NCBI GenBank assembly: GCA_963667195.1
Contig: OY762962.1
Location: forward strand, 1,048,883-1,112,882
From: Christensenellaceae bacterium
GTDB taxonomy: Bacteria > Bacillota > Clostridia > Christensenellales > CAG-138
Length of the DNA: 64,000 nucleotides
Reading direction: 5' to 3'
Positions within the stretch are counted from its first letter, which is position 1; every line of letters starts with the position of its first letter. The notes below the pieces were generated by a model. That model saw only the letters and a list, made by a program, of their open reading frames with translations. It had not been told where the DNA came from and did no database searches. Of this stretch, positions 17,428 through 25,765 are shown one piece after another. Both the position numbers and the translations under genes were made by a program.

Positions 17428-18171
17428 TCACGCTGTCATCGGCTGGAACATCGCGAGGAGCTCCGCCGTGTGATCCACGCCGACGGAGCTGACGTAGACG
17501 TTCATCATATAATCACCCTGTTGGAAGATGACCTGCGCGTCATACGTCGTGTATCCGCCGCTGTCGTAAGAGAAGAACCAACAGGACTGCTCTTTTCCAA
17601 GGAACATCGTCGTGGTGTGCTCGTCGCGCACGATCTCGGCTCCGGCACCGGTGAGCGCCTCGCGGATCAGCTTGATGTTCGCTTCGTGATAGTCCGCAAC
17701 GCTGCTAAACGCTGTCATCGCGTTCTTCGCGTCGCTGACGATAACGCTGATCTCCGCAAGCCCCGTGTTTAGGTGCGCGCTGTACTCCTGAACCGGCAGA
17801 CCCTTCGGCAGATAATCGAGGTATTCCGACTGGCGCAGATCCTTGGGAATCTCCATCGGGAAGCTGCTGAGGGTGTCCAGCTCGGCACTGGTGGCCACAA
17901 ACCATTTGTCGTTGAGATCGATTTTCATGTTGAAATACTCGTTTTGATAGGATAAACCCGTGCTCAATCCAAATGTGATCGGGTAGATTTCACGATAGGG
18001 TGTGGGGCTCGGCGTGGGCTCCGGCGTCGGCGTTGGCGCAAGGGTTGGCGTCGCCGTCGGCGTCGCGGTCGGCGTGGGTTCGATGATTGCCGTGATGCTT
18101 TGACAAGAGACAAGCGTGAACCCTGTGAGAATACACAACAGTAATGCGATGATTCTTTTTCGAAGCTGCAT
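17428..18171 (-). CDS. lipoprotein paralog (single domain) with Pro/Thr linker
   Basis: RBS GGGAGG, lipobox TLVSC and a PT linker. The domain begins ITFGLSTGLSYQNEYFNMKIDLNDKW. Confidence 0.8.
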   Translation of the reverse strand: MQLRKRIIALLLCILTGFTLVSCQSITAIIEPTPTATPTATPTLAPTPTPEPTPSPTPYREIYPITFGLSTGLSYQNEYFNMKIDLNDKWFVATSAELDTLSSFPMEIPKDLRQSEYLDYLPKGLPVQEYSAHLNTGLAEISVIVSDAKNAMTAFSSVADYHEANIKLIREALTGAGAEIVRDEHTTTMFLGKEQSCWFFSYDSGGYTTYDAQVIFQQGDYMMNVYVSSVGVDHTAELLAMFQPMTA

Positions 18172-18310
18172 AGTGCCTCCCGGACGCGTTTTCTCCACTT
18201 TAGCACAGTAAAACGGTATATACAAGTAAAATAACAGCGCTGTGTATAATATTCTATTGCACAATATCCCGGCGCTTCTCCGCCGCCAACGCGCCTGTAC
18301 TGTGCGTACA

Positions 18311-18386
18311 CAAAAAAAGCTCCCCCAAATGGAGGAGTTTTGCTGGTAGCGTTGGGTCGCGTTACGCGAATGCGTGATAGATGGCC
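18311..18386 (-). repeat. displaced copy of the lysC 3' end (last 8 codons plus stop) and terminator
   Basis: The reverse complement encodes AIYHAFA*, identical to the lysC C-terminus with one synonymous change (GCA versus GCG). A CTCCTCC/GGGGGAG hairpin and T7 run are retained. Confidence 0.85.
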
Positions 18387-18395
18387 GCCCTTACG

Positions 18396-19550
18396 TTATC
18401 GCTTTTGGGGTTGCCCGTTTGCTGAAAACAAAGCATCCGGGTTGATTCCAACGAAGGTCTTCATGATATCATAGTTGACCGAGACGATCTTGTCCCGAGA
18501 CAATAACAGGTTCATCTCTTTCAGCTCGTCGAGATCTCTCCGAATCGTGCGCTCGCTTTTTACCGAGGCGTAGATGGACTTTGCCAATACATCTGTTCTC
18601 TTTAGTATTGCGCTTTCTTCGATTCTTAAGTCAAACTTCATCATTACACTGATCAATGCGTGCTGCCTTTGCGAGATTTCTTTGGTCTGAAATTTTTCTT
18701 CCACATAGTTCATAAAGCAAATGCGCGAATACTCCTGCATCACCTTGTCGAAATTCGCTTGCAGTTCGGAGCAAAATCCGTTGAGCGAGAACAAGACGAA
18801 ACGCTGCAAGTTACCATTGTACTTGAATCTTGCTTCATCCAGTTGCGAAAAATACTCATCTCTGTTCTTATAGTAGAAATTTGACAGTGAAAAGAAGCTT
18901 GCCTTGTTGTAATTGCTGTTGTACAGAATACAGTCTTCCAGCATTCTGGACGTTCTGCCGTTTCCATCGGAAAACGGATGGATCGTAACAAGATAGAAAT
19001 GCGCAACCACTGCGCGGATCAACTCTCCCCACCCTTTGACGGTGTCTGAATTGATATATTGAATAAACGCTCGCATCTGCTCTGGAATGTGCTCAAACCG
19101 TTCTCCTTCAAAGTTATGCCCGACTTTGATCTTCTGCAATCGATACTGCCCGGGGACATTATCGTTCTGTTTCAAACTGTCAGTGAGGATTGCATGGAGC
19201 TTCTTGATCATTTCTTCTGTAACGCAGCACTCGCCCGCACCAATCTTCTCGTCGATGATCGCGCGAAGTGCGCGATATGCGTTATAGGTCTCTCTCTCCT
19301 CGGAATCCCTTGGCGTTTGTCCGCGAATGATATCCTCAACCGCTTCCTCCGAAAGCGTATTGCCCTCAATCCCAGTCGTTCCTTTTACCTGATGAATAAT
19401 CTGCAGCCGATTCAGCTCCGTGTGGAGGCGCACGGTCAGCGGCGCCTTTGACAGGGCATCCTTCAACGTATCGATTCTCGCATTTAGAGCCGCGAGCTCT
19501 GGATCGAGAAGATCGATTCCCGCATCATACTTTATCTTCCAATATGACAT
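18396..19550 (-). CDS. Fic/DOC family protein (putative AMPylase)
   Basis: Fic motif HPFSDGNGRTSR and the N-terminal inhibitory-type motif TTGIEGN. The ORF is open to 19562 (GTG); ATG at 19550 is preferred. Confidence 0.9.
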   Translation of the reverse strand: MSYWKIKYDAGIDLLDPELAALNARIDTLKDALSKAPLTVRLHTELNRLQIIHQVKGTTGIEGNTLSEEAVEDIIRGQTPRDSEERETYNAYRALRAIIDEKIGAGECCVTEEMIKKLHAILTDSLKQNDNVPGQYRLQKIKVGHNFEGERFEHIPEQMRAFIQYINSDTVKGWGELIRAVVAHFYLVTIHPFSDGNGRTSRMLEDCILYNSNYNKASFFSLSNFYYKNRDEYFSQLDEARFKYNGNLQRFVLFSLNGFCSELQANFDKVMQEYSRICFMNYVEEKFQTKEISQRQHALISVMMKFDLRIEESAILKRTDVLAKSIYASVKSERTIRRDLDELKEMNLLLSRDKIVSVNYDIMKTFVGINPDALFSANGQPQKR

Positions 19551-19661
19551 TGTTTTTGTCACTCCACTATTTTAATATTTTTCAATAATTACAAGCGTTT
19601 TATATAAATTACATTACATTTTGTCAATATATTTGTCAACACATTATGCACAACAATTTTG

Positions 19662-19737
19662 CAAAAAAAGCTCCTCCGAATGGAGGAGCTTTGCAGGTTG
19701 CGTTGGGTCGCGTTACGCGAACGCGTGATAGATGGCC
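19662..19737 (-). repeat. gene-proximal copy of the 76-bp repeat (functional lysC 3' end plus terminator)
   Basis: Contains the lysC stop codon and the perfect hairpin AGCTCCTCC-gaat-GGAGGAGCT, followed on the minus strand by T7. Confidence 0.85.
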
Positions 19738-21029
19738 TTGACCGCGGTGTTTAGGTCGTCGTTTTCGATGCCGACGATGATGTTCATCTCAGATGAACCC
19801 TGGTCGATCATGCGGACGTTGACGCCCGCCTCATAGAGCGAACCAAAGAGCCGCGCCGCGACGCCGAGCGAGCGAATCATGCCCTTGCCAACCGTGGCGA
19901 CGAGCGCCATGTTGGAATGCACCTCGATGCTCTGCGGCTCGCAGTCCCGCTGAATCTCGCGCAGCACCTGCTCGAGGTGTTCCTTGAGCTTGGTCTCCTG
20001 AATCACGAGGCTCATGGTGTCGATGCCGCTGGGCACATGCTCAAAGGAGATGTTGTAGCGATCCAGCACGCGCAGCAGGCGGTAGCCGAAGCCGACCTCG
20101 TTGTGCATGTTGTCCTTATACACGGTGATGACCGTGAATCCCTTGCGGCCGGCCACGCCGGTGAGCACGCCCTCGCGTTTGTAATACTTGAGGAACGCAT
20201 CCGGAATGACCATCGTGCCCTCGTCCTCCGGGCGGTTGGTGTTGCGCACATTGATCGGAATCTGCGCGCGGCGAACCGGGAAGATCGAATCCTCGTGCAG
20301 AACGGTCGCACCCATGTAGCTCAGCTCCCGCAGCTCGGAATACGTCACAACCGAGATGACCTTGGGGTTTTCGACGATGCGCGGGTCCGCCATGAGAAAT
20401 CCGCTCACGTCGGTCCAGTTTTCGTAGACGTCCGCCTGCACCGCGCGCGCCACAATTGCGCCCGTGATGTCGCTGCCGCCGCGGGAAAAGGTCTTGATGC
20501 TGCCGTCGCGCTTTCTGCCGTAGAAGCCGGGCACGACGACGTTCTGCGTTTCCGCGAGCTTTTGCGTCCACTTCTGCGTGGTCTCGTCGTCATAGGTGCC
20601 GTCCGCGTGGAAGCTGACAAGCTCCGCCGCGTCGTAGAAATCAAACCCCAGATAGTCCGCAAGCAGAAGCCCGCTGAGGTATTCTCCGCGGCTCGCGATA
20701 TAGTCCTCGCTGGCGCCGGAGAGGATGTTTTTCTTGATCGCCGCGAGTTCCAGCGAGATATTGGTCTTTAACCCCAGCTCTTTTTCGATGCCGACGTAGC
20801 GCTCCGTGATCTGCTCATACGTGTCGTCAAACGAAAGGCCGTTGGAGTTTTTTGCATAGCAAAGATACAGCAGGTCGGTAATCTTCTCATCGCCGGGGAA
20901 ACGTTTGCCCGGCGCGGAGGGTACGACGTACTTACGCGCCTTGTCGGCCAGAATGATATTCTTGACCTTTGTGAAGTTCTCGGCGTTGCAGAGGCTGGTT
21001 CCGCCGAATTTGACTGTTTTGACCGCCAT
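19713..21029 (-). CDS. lysC: aspartate kinase
   Basis: MAVKTVKFGGTSL..., an amino-acid kinase domain followed by two C-terminal ACT domains; 438 aa. Confidence 0.9.
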   Translation of the reverse strand: MAVKTVKFGGTSLCNAENFTKVKNIILADKARKYVVPSAPGKRFPGDEKITDLLYLCYAKNSNGLSFDDTYEQITERYVGIEKELGLKTNISLELAAIKKNILSGASEDYIASRGEYLSGLLLADYLGFDFYDAAELVSFHADGTYDDETTQKWTQKLAETQNVVVPGFYGRKRDGSIKTFSRGGSDITGAIVARAVQADVYENWTDVSGFLMADPRIVENPKVISVVTYSELRELSYMGATVLHEDSIFPVRRAQIPINVRNTNRPEDEGTMVIPDAFLKYYKREGVLTGVAGRKGFTVITVYKDNMHNEVGFGYRLLRVLDRYNISFEHVPSGIDTMSLVIQETKLKEHLEQVLREIQRDCEPQSIEVHSNMALVATVGKGMIRSLGVAARLFGSLYEAGVNVRMIDQGSSEMNIIVGIENDDLNTAVKAIYHAFA

Positions 21030-21106
21030 TGGTGTTCCCCCGTTTCTATGTTATGGCAATAGGACAAAAATCCCTACCGCCATGAGATACCAATCTGTGT
21101 GATTGC

Positions 21107-22432
21107 TTACTTCTTCTCCAGCGAGCGGCACTCGAGATAATAGCGCTTCTCGTTCGCTTCGCCCATGGAGAAGGTCTTTCTCGGCAGCGCGCCGTCGTAG
21201 ATGACAGTCGAGAAAAACTCGCTCTTCTTCAGCGCGGGCAGCAAGAATCCGATGGCCCCGCCCTTTTTCGCGAGCTCCTTGACCACGTCCGCGCCGTGGA
21301 TATAATCGACTTCACAACCGCAGATATCCTTGACCGCTTCGTCCAGCGCGGCTTGCAGTGTGCCGACCGCGAGCTGGGACGTCGGGCAGCTGACGATAAA
21401 CGCGCCCTCCACTTCACCCGTGATGAACGGAAGCACGTGCGTGTCTCCGCCCTGTGCGCAGGGCATACGCCCGAGTTCCACGCGCGCGCAGTCGTGCTTT
21501 TCCTTGAGCTTGCGAAGGATGGTCTCAATCGCGCGATTGCCGGAAGCTCCGAACACCACGCGGTGGATCGGCTCGAAGACGATGCCGTCGTCATGCACGT
21601 TTTCCACCTCGACCAGCGCATAGCGTGCGGGATGATCCGCACGTTCGCTTTCTGGCAAAGATTCCTTGATCTTTTCCCAGTTGGCCTTCGCGGTGGCAAA
21701 GCTGTGGTTGCCATCGCCCATGGCAAAGAGCATCGGCGCGCGATCGCCGTATTTTTTCGCGAAACGATCCGCATCCTTGAGGTCTCCCAGCGCGTTGAGC
21801 ACGCCGAGGATATCGTCCTCGCCATCCACGAGGTGGCCGGAAATATGGCCGCCGTCGAGCATGAGGTCGGTATCATAGAGCTTGGTCAGCTTCGCTTTTT
21901 TCAGCGCGAGCGGCTCGATAACCGTCTTTTCCGGGTCGTCGATCAGCACGAGGATGTGCGGCAGCTCGATGGGAGCGCCTTCGCGAATCTTGAGCCGCGG
22001 CGGAATGCGGGAGACAATCGTTCCCTCCGTCGCGCGGATCAGCGTGGTGGAACCCTTGGAGTAGTCGTATGCCTCGAGGTCCAGCGCCATCACGAGTCCG
22101 GTGCGGGTTGCCCCGCCGACCGTGCGGGTGACCAGCACGAAGCCCTGCGGCTTTTCTTCGAGAACGCCTTTATCGAGGTACTCGCGCATATGAGACTTGA
22201 TGCTCGCGATGCGCTCCTCTTCGCCGGGCTTTTCGAGGTATGCTTCCGGCAGGATCAGCTCCAGCGTGGACGGCGCTTTGCCGACGATGCGCTTTGCGTC
22301 TTCCCAGTACGAAGGCTGGGAGGTGAACTGGTCGCAGGCGACAACCGCCCATTTGTAGTAGTCGGTGCCTTTTTTCGGCAGTAATACGCGCGGCACCTGC
22401 ACCGCGACGTCGTTACGATACCGGTCTTCCAT
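21107..22432 (-). CDS. DUF1015 family protein
   Basis: 441 aa; the N-terminal segment ...VPRVLLPKKGTDYYKWAVVACDQFTSQPSYW... is typical of DUF1015 (recollection). Confidence 0.8.
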   Translation of the reverse strand: MEDRYRNDVAVQVPRVLLPKKGTDYYKWAVVACDQFTSQPSYWEDAKRIVGKAPSTLELILPEAYLEKPGEEERIASIKSHMREYLDKGVLEEKPQGFVLVTRTVGGATRTGLVMALDLEAYDYSKGSTTLIRATEGTIVSRIPPRLKIREGAPIELPHILVLIDDPEKTVIEPLALKKAKLTKLYDTDLMLDGGHISGHLVDGEDDILGVLNALGDLKDADRFAKKYGDRAPMLFAMGDGNHSFATAKANWEKIKESLPESERADHPARYALVEVENVHDDGIVFEPIHRVVFGASGNRAIETILRKLKEKHDCARVELGRMPCAQGGDTHVLPFITGEVEGAFIVSCPTSQLAVGTLQAALDEAVKDICGCEVDYIHGADVVKELAKKGGAIGFLLPALKKSEFFSTVIYDGALPRKTFSMGEANEKRYYLECRSLEKK

Positions 22433-22538
22433 AGTCTTTCTTACCCCTCTTACACTTTGTTATTTATGGTCTGCCGCATCCGGTCGCTCCTCCGGTTGCT
22501 AAGCGGCATAGTTCCGCTGTTATAAACGTAATGCGGGT

Positions 22539-22567
22539 ATTATACCTTATATTTTTTTTGCTTTCAA
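22539..22567 (-). promoter_or_regulatory. sigma-70-type promoter for DUF1015-lysC
   Basis: On the minus strand: TTGAAA (22567-22562), a 17-nt spacer, then TATAAT (22544-22539). Confidence 0.55.
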
Positions 22568-22648
22568 TAATATCTGTCGCAATTTCGGACGTTTTGCAGA
22601 TTTATTCGATATATCTGCATATTACGCAAAACATATGTCGAAAACCCT

Positions 22649-22693
22649 TTATTCTCCGAGCGTTGCGACCATGACTGCCTTGATCGTATGCAT
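22649..22693 (-). repeat. displaced copy of the argF 3' end (last 14 codons plus stop)
   Basis: 42/45 identical to 22734-22778. Both copies translate to [14 protein letters not shown]. The three differences are all synonymous (GCA/GCG, CTC/CTG, GAA/GAG). Confidence 0.85.
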
Positions 22694-22701
22694 GCACTTC
22701 T

Positions 22702-22726
22702 ATATATATTTTTTTAAAATATATAT
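22702..22726. repeat. perfect all-A/T palindrome between the two argF 3'-end copies
   Basis: ATATATATTTT-ttt-AAAATATATAT (11-bp arms). Confidence 0.85.
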
Positions 22727-22733
22727 CTATAAA

Positions 22734-23717
22734 TTACTCTCCCAGCGTTGCGACCATGACCGCCTTGATCGTATGCATACGATTCTCCGCCTCGTCAAAC
22801 ACCACGCTGTGCTTCGAGCGGAACACCTCATCGCTGGCTTCCATCTCGCGGAGCCCGTATTTTTCGAAGATCTCTCTGCCGACAACCGTCTCCAGATCGT
22901 GGAAGCTCGGCAGGCAGTGCAGAAACAGCGCGTCCGGGTTACCGGTCTTCTGGAGCAAGTCCAGCGTCACGCGGTACGGCTCCAGCAGCTTGATTCGTTC
23001 CGCAAACTGCGCTTCCTCACCCATGGACACCCAAACGTCGGTGTACACCGCGTCCGCGCCGCGCACCGCGTCGAGAGATTCCGAAAACTCGATCACCGCA
23101 CCCGTGGATTTGGCGAGCTCCCGCATCCGCGCGGTCAGGCCCTCTTCCGGCCAGAGCGCGCGCGGGGCAATCGCTGTAAACTTCATGCCCATCTTCGCGG
23201 AGCCGATCATCAGCGAATTTCCTATGTTGTTGCGCGCGTCGCCGACATAGCACAAGTGAATCTCCTTCAGCGGCTTTTTCGCGTGCTCCTCGATGGTCAT
23301 GAAGTCCGCAAGAATCTGCGTCGGATGGTCGGTGTCGGTGAGCCCGTTCCAAACCGGCACGCCGGAGTAGCGCGCGAGGTCTTCCACGATCTGCTGACCG
23401 AATCCGCGGTACTCGATCGCGTCATAATAGCGACCCAGCACCTTCGCCGTGTCTTCCAGAGACTCCTTCTTGCCCATCTGGCTGTTGCTCAGATATGTCA
23501 CATGCGCGCCTTCGTCCAGCGCCGCAACCTCAAACGCGCAGCGGGTGCGCGTGCTGGTCTTGTCGAAGATCAGCACGATGTTCTTGTGCTTGAGGCGTTC
23601 GGGAAACACGCGCTCGCGCTTTTCGCGCTTGAGCGCGTGGCTCAGGTCGAGCAAGTAGCGAATCTCTTCGGGGGAATAATCGAGCAGGGTTAAAAAGCTT
23701 CTTCCGCGCAGGTTCAT
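22734..23717 (-). CDS. argF: ornithine carbamoyltransferase
   Basis: STRTR and HCLP motifs, with a GGAGG RBS upstream of the ATG at 23717; 327 aa. The position next to arcA suggests a catabolic (arcB-like) role. Confidence 0.95.
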   Translation of the reverse strand: MNLRGRSFLTLLDYSPEEIRYLLDLSHALKREKRERVFPERLKHKNIVLIFDKTSTRTRCAFEVAALDEGAHVTYLSNSQMGKKESLEDTAKVLGRYYDAIEYRGFGQQIVEDLARYSGVPVWNGLTDTDHPTQILADFMTIEEHAKKPLKEIHLCYVGDARNNIGNSLMIGSAKMGMKFTAIAPRALWPEEGLTARMRELAKSTGAVIEFSESLDAVRGADAVYTDVWVSMGEEAQFAERIKLLEPYRVTLDLLQKTGNPDALFLHCLPSFHDLETVVGREIFEKYGLREMEASDEVFRSKHSVVFDEAENRMHTIKAVMVATLGE

Positions 23718-23759
23718 AACTTCCTCCAAAAACTGTTATTCTGTTGTAATCTAGGGTTT

Positions 23760-24356
23760 TTATCTGAGTTTCATCAGTTCTTCTTTGACACCATCGATAT
23801 ATAACTCGTAGGACAGCCCGTCCTCTTGATAGGTACCCACATAATAGGTAAGCCCGTTGTAGGTAAACGCGGTTTCAAACACCGTTCCCTTGTTGTCCGT
23901 AATCGTCGCCGGGTTTCGATCCGTTTGCGCCATCGTGACCTGCACAAATCGCTCCTGCGTGCGCTGGTCTCCGCGGATGATTGCGCTGACGGCGTCCGAG
24001 AGCGCGTTTTCACGGCTGATATAGGTGGGACTCACGAGATAGAAGCGCCCGTTTTCCTTGTGTAATATGTCGCTAGAGCGATTGGACAGCACAAACGCGC
24101 TGTCTTCGCTCTCGATGGTGTACGAAAAATCCGCCGCACCGTATTGGTAATCGGTCGCCTGCACTGCGGTCGCAAAACCGCCGAACTCGTTTTCAAACGG
24201 CCACTGGTACAGAAACACGCCGACCACGAGAGCCGCCGCGCACGCAGACACGATGAAAAACGCACGCCGGAGCGCAAACGTATGCCGAAACACGGGAACC
24301 AGGATGAATGGAGACGCGAGCACAATCGCGATGAGGATTCGAATCAAGTCGTACAT
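23760..24356 (-). CDS. hypothetical membrane-anchored protein
   Basis: 198 aa with two N-terminal TM segments followed by a soluble domain. The RBS is weak and the start lies only ~20 nt after the upstream terminator's T-run. Confidence 0.5.
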   Translation of the reverse strand: MYDLIRILIAIVLASPFILVPVFRHTFALRRAFFIVSACAAALVVGVFLYQWPFENEFGGFATAVQATDYQYGAADFSYTIESEDSAFVLSNRSSDILHKENGRFYLVSPTYISRENALSDAVSAIIRGDQRTQERFVQVTMAQTDRNPATITDNKGTVFETAFTYNGLTYYVGTYQEDGLSYELYIDGVKEELMKLR

Positions 24357-24374
24357 GAAGGCAAACCTTTACTT

Positions 24375-24410
24375 TAAAAAATTAGGCAGGGGTATTCACA
24401 AATTGCCTAA
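24375..24410 (-). terminator. rho-independent terminator downstream of arcA and its repeat array
   Basis: On the minus strand: TTAGGCA-(15 nt)-TGCCTAA followed by TTTTTT. Confidence 0.65.
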
Positions 24411-24453
24411 CAACATTTTACCACAAATGAAAACGCAGTTTTCTTAGTAAACC

Positions 24454-24555
24454 TTTACTCTCTCCAGAGCGGCATGCTCATCTGCCATTTTATGGGCAAT
24501 CGCGTTTACTCCCGCCAGAGCGGCATACTCATCTGCCATTTAATGGGCAGTCGCG
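24454..24555 (-). repeat. two tandem 51-bp units, each containing a copy of the last 8 codons plus stop of arcA
   Basis: Units 24454-24504 and 24505-24555. The first 28 nt of each match 24556-24583 (25/28 and 28/28) and all translate MSMPLWRE*. The remaining 23 nt (ctgccattt[t/a]atgggca[a/g]tcgcg) hold a CTGCC/GGCAG inverted repeat. Confidence 0.9.
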
Positions 24556-24556
24556 T

Positions 24557-25765
24557 TTACTCCCGCCAGAGCGGCATACTCATACAGCGGGGACCGCCGC
24601 GCCCGCGCGAAAGCTCCGCCGAGGGAATCTCGTGCACGACGACTCCGTTGTCACGGAGGATGCCGTTTGTCACATAGTTGCGCGAAAAGGCGATCACCTC
24701 GCCCGGCGCCACCGCGAGGGTGTTCGTGCCGTCGTTCCACTGCTCCCGCGCGGCGTCGATTGCGCTCGCGCCGCCGCAGTGAATCATCGTCACCTTCTCC
24801 ACGTGCAGCGCGTCCGCCAGCGACTCGGCAAGCTTTCGCTTCTCCTGCTCGATGACCAGCGCGCCGCCCTGTTTCGTGAGCGAAAACGTGCGCACGGCGG
24901 GCAAGATCGACGGATGAATCGTGAACTTATCCACGTCCACCATGGTCATCACGGTGTCGAGGTGCATATAGGATCGCGTCTTGGGAATATCGATGGCGAG
25001 CACCTTGACGATGCCCGTCTCCTCGCAGATGAGCCTGCGCGCAAGCGCCTCCACCGCGTGGGGATCGGTGCGCTGCGAAATGCCGACCGCGACCACCTCC
25101 GGCGAGAGCACGAGCACATCCCCGCCTTCGATGGAAAACGGATCGGTGCGCATGTGCAGCATCGGCGTCTGCTGATAGAGCGGGTGGTGTATAAAGAGAT
25201 ATTGCCCAAACAGCGTTTCCCGCGCGCGCACGGTGTTCGCCATGCTGGAGATGCAGACCCCGCCGTCCACCATGAAGAACGGATCGCGCGTGAAATAGAG
25301 GTTCGGCATGGGATCAACGAAGAATGGATACGCGTCGTCGATATAATCCACGAGGTGAACAGGTTCCCGGCTGCCCAGATCGCTCTTGCGCACGCCGCGC
25401 ACCATGCTCGAGAGCATCTGCGGCACGGACTGTCCCAAGAGATATTCCCGCACGCGCTGCTCCACTCCACGGGCAGATATGCCAATTTCCGCGATATAAT
25501 CCTCCACAAATCGTTCCTGCACGGCGGTCTCCGTCAACGCTTCCGCCACGAGATCCAACAGATAGCAGACCTCCACCCCGCAGGAGCGCAGGGTTGCGGC
25601 AAACTGATCGTGCTCCTCGCGGGCATGCACGAGATACGGGATATCCTCGAACAGTTGGCGGGAGAGGTATTGCGGCATGAGGTTTTCCAGCTCCTGCCCC
25701 GGTCGGTGCAGCAGCACGCGCCTGAGTTTGCCTACCTCGCTCTTGACCCGAATGGGTGAATCCAT
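24557..25765 (-). CDS. arcA: arginine deiminase
   Basis: N-terminus ...VKSEVGKLRRVLLHRPGQELENL... and C-terminal catalytic region GGPRCMSMPLWRE; 402 aa. Confidence 0.95.
   Translation of the reverse strand: MDSPIRVKSEVGKLRRVLLHRPGQELENLMPQYLSRQLFEDIPYLVHAREEHDQFAATLRSCGVEVCYLLDLVAEALTETAVQERFVEDYIAEIGISARGVEQRVREYLLGQSVPQMLSSMVRGVRKSDLGSREPVHLVDYIDDAYPFFVDPMPNLYFTRDPFFMVDGGVCISSMANTVRARETLFGQYLFIHHPLYQQTPMLHMRTDPFSIEGGDVLVLSPEVVAVGISQRTDPHAVEALARRLICEETGIVKVLAIDIPKTRSYMHLDTVMTMVDVDKFTIHPSILPAVRTFSLTKQGGALVIEQEKRKLAESLADALHVEKVTMIHCGGASAIDAAREQWNDGTNTLAVAPGEVIAFSRNYVTNGILRDNGVVVHEIPSAELSRGRGGPRCMSMPLWRE

Larger units (their letters stand above)
18311..19737 (-). mobile_element. candidate integrated mini-cassette: Fic gene with its own promoter, bounded by 76-bp direct repeats of the lysC 3' end plus terminator
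   Basis: Direct repeats at 18311-18386 and 19662-19737 (70/76 identical). The interior is low in G+C and carries TTGACA/TATAAA promoters. No recombinase gene is present. Confidence 0.55.

Noticed and set aside
18311-19737. Considered a diversity-generating retroelement (template repeat / variable repeat) as the explanation for 3'-end duplications.
   Set aside because: There is no reverse transcriptase in the window. The differences are not adenine-specific (only 3 of 6 would be A in the putative template). The coding differences are synonymous, which is the opposite of DGR-driven diversification.
21030-21106. Expected a lysine riboswitch (L-box) upstream of aspartate kinase.
   Set aside because: The gap is only 77 bp and lacks L-box conserved blocks. 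lysC is most likely co-transcribed with the DUF1015 gene.
22474-22536. Riboswitch-like three-way-junction fold in the DUF1015-lysC leader: CCGCAU...AUGCGG closing helix around hairpins AGCGG/CCGCU and CCGG/CCGG.
   Set aside because: The 5' arm of the closing helix overlaps the predicted -10 and transcription-start region (TATAAT at 22544-22539), so it is probably not fully transcribed. The junction and loop sequences do not match purine, lysine (L-box) or any other consensus I know.
24454-24583. Considered whether the regularly spaced 51-bp periodic repeats could be a mini CRISPR array.
   Set aside because: The 'spacers' are themselves near-identical, the repeat is the arcA coding end, there are only 2.5 units, and no cas genes are present.
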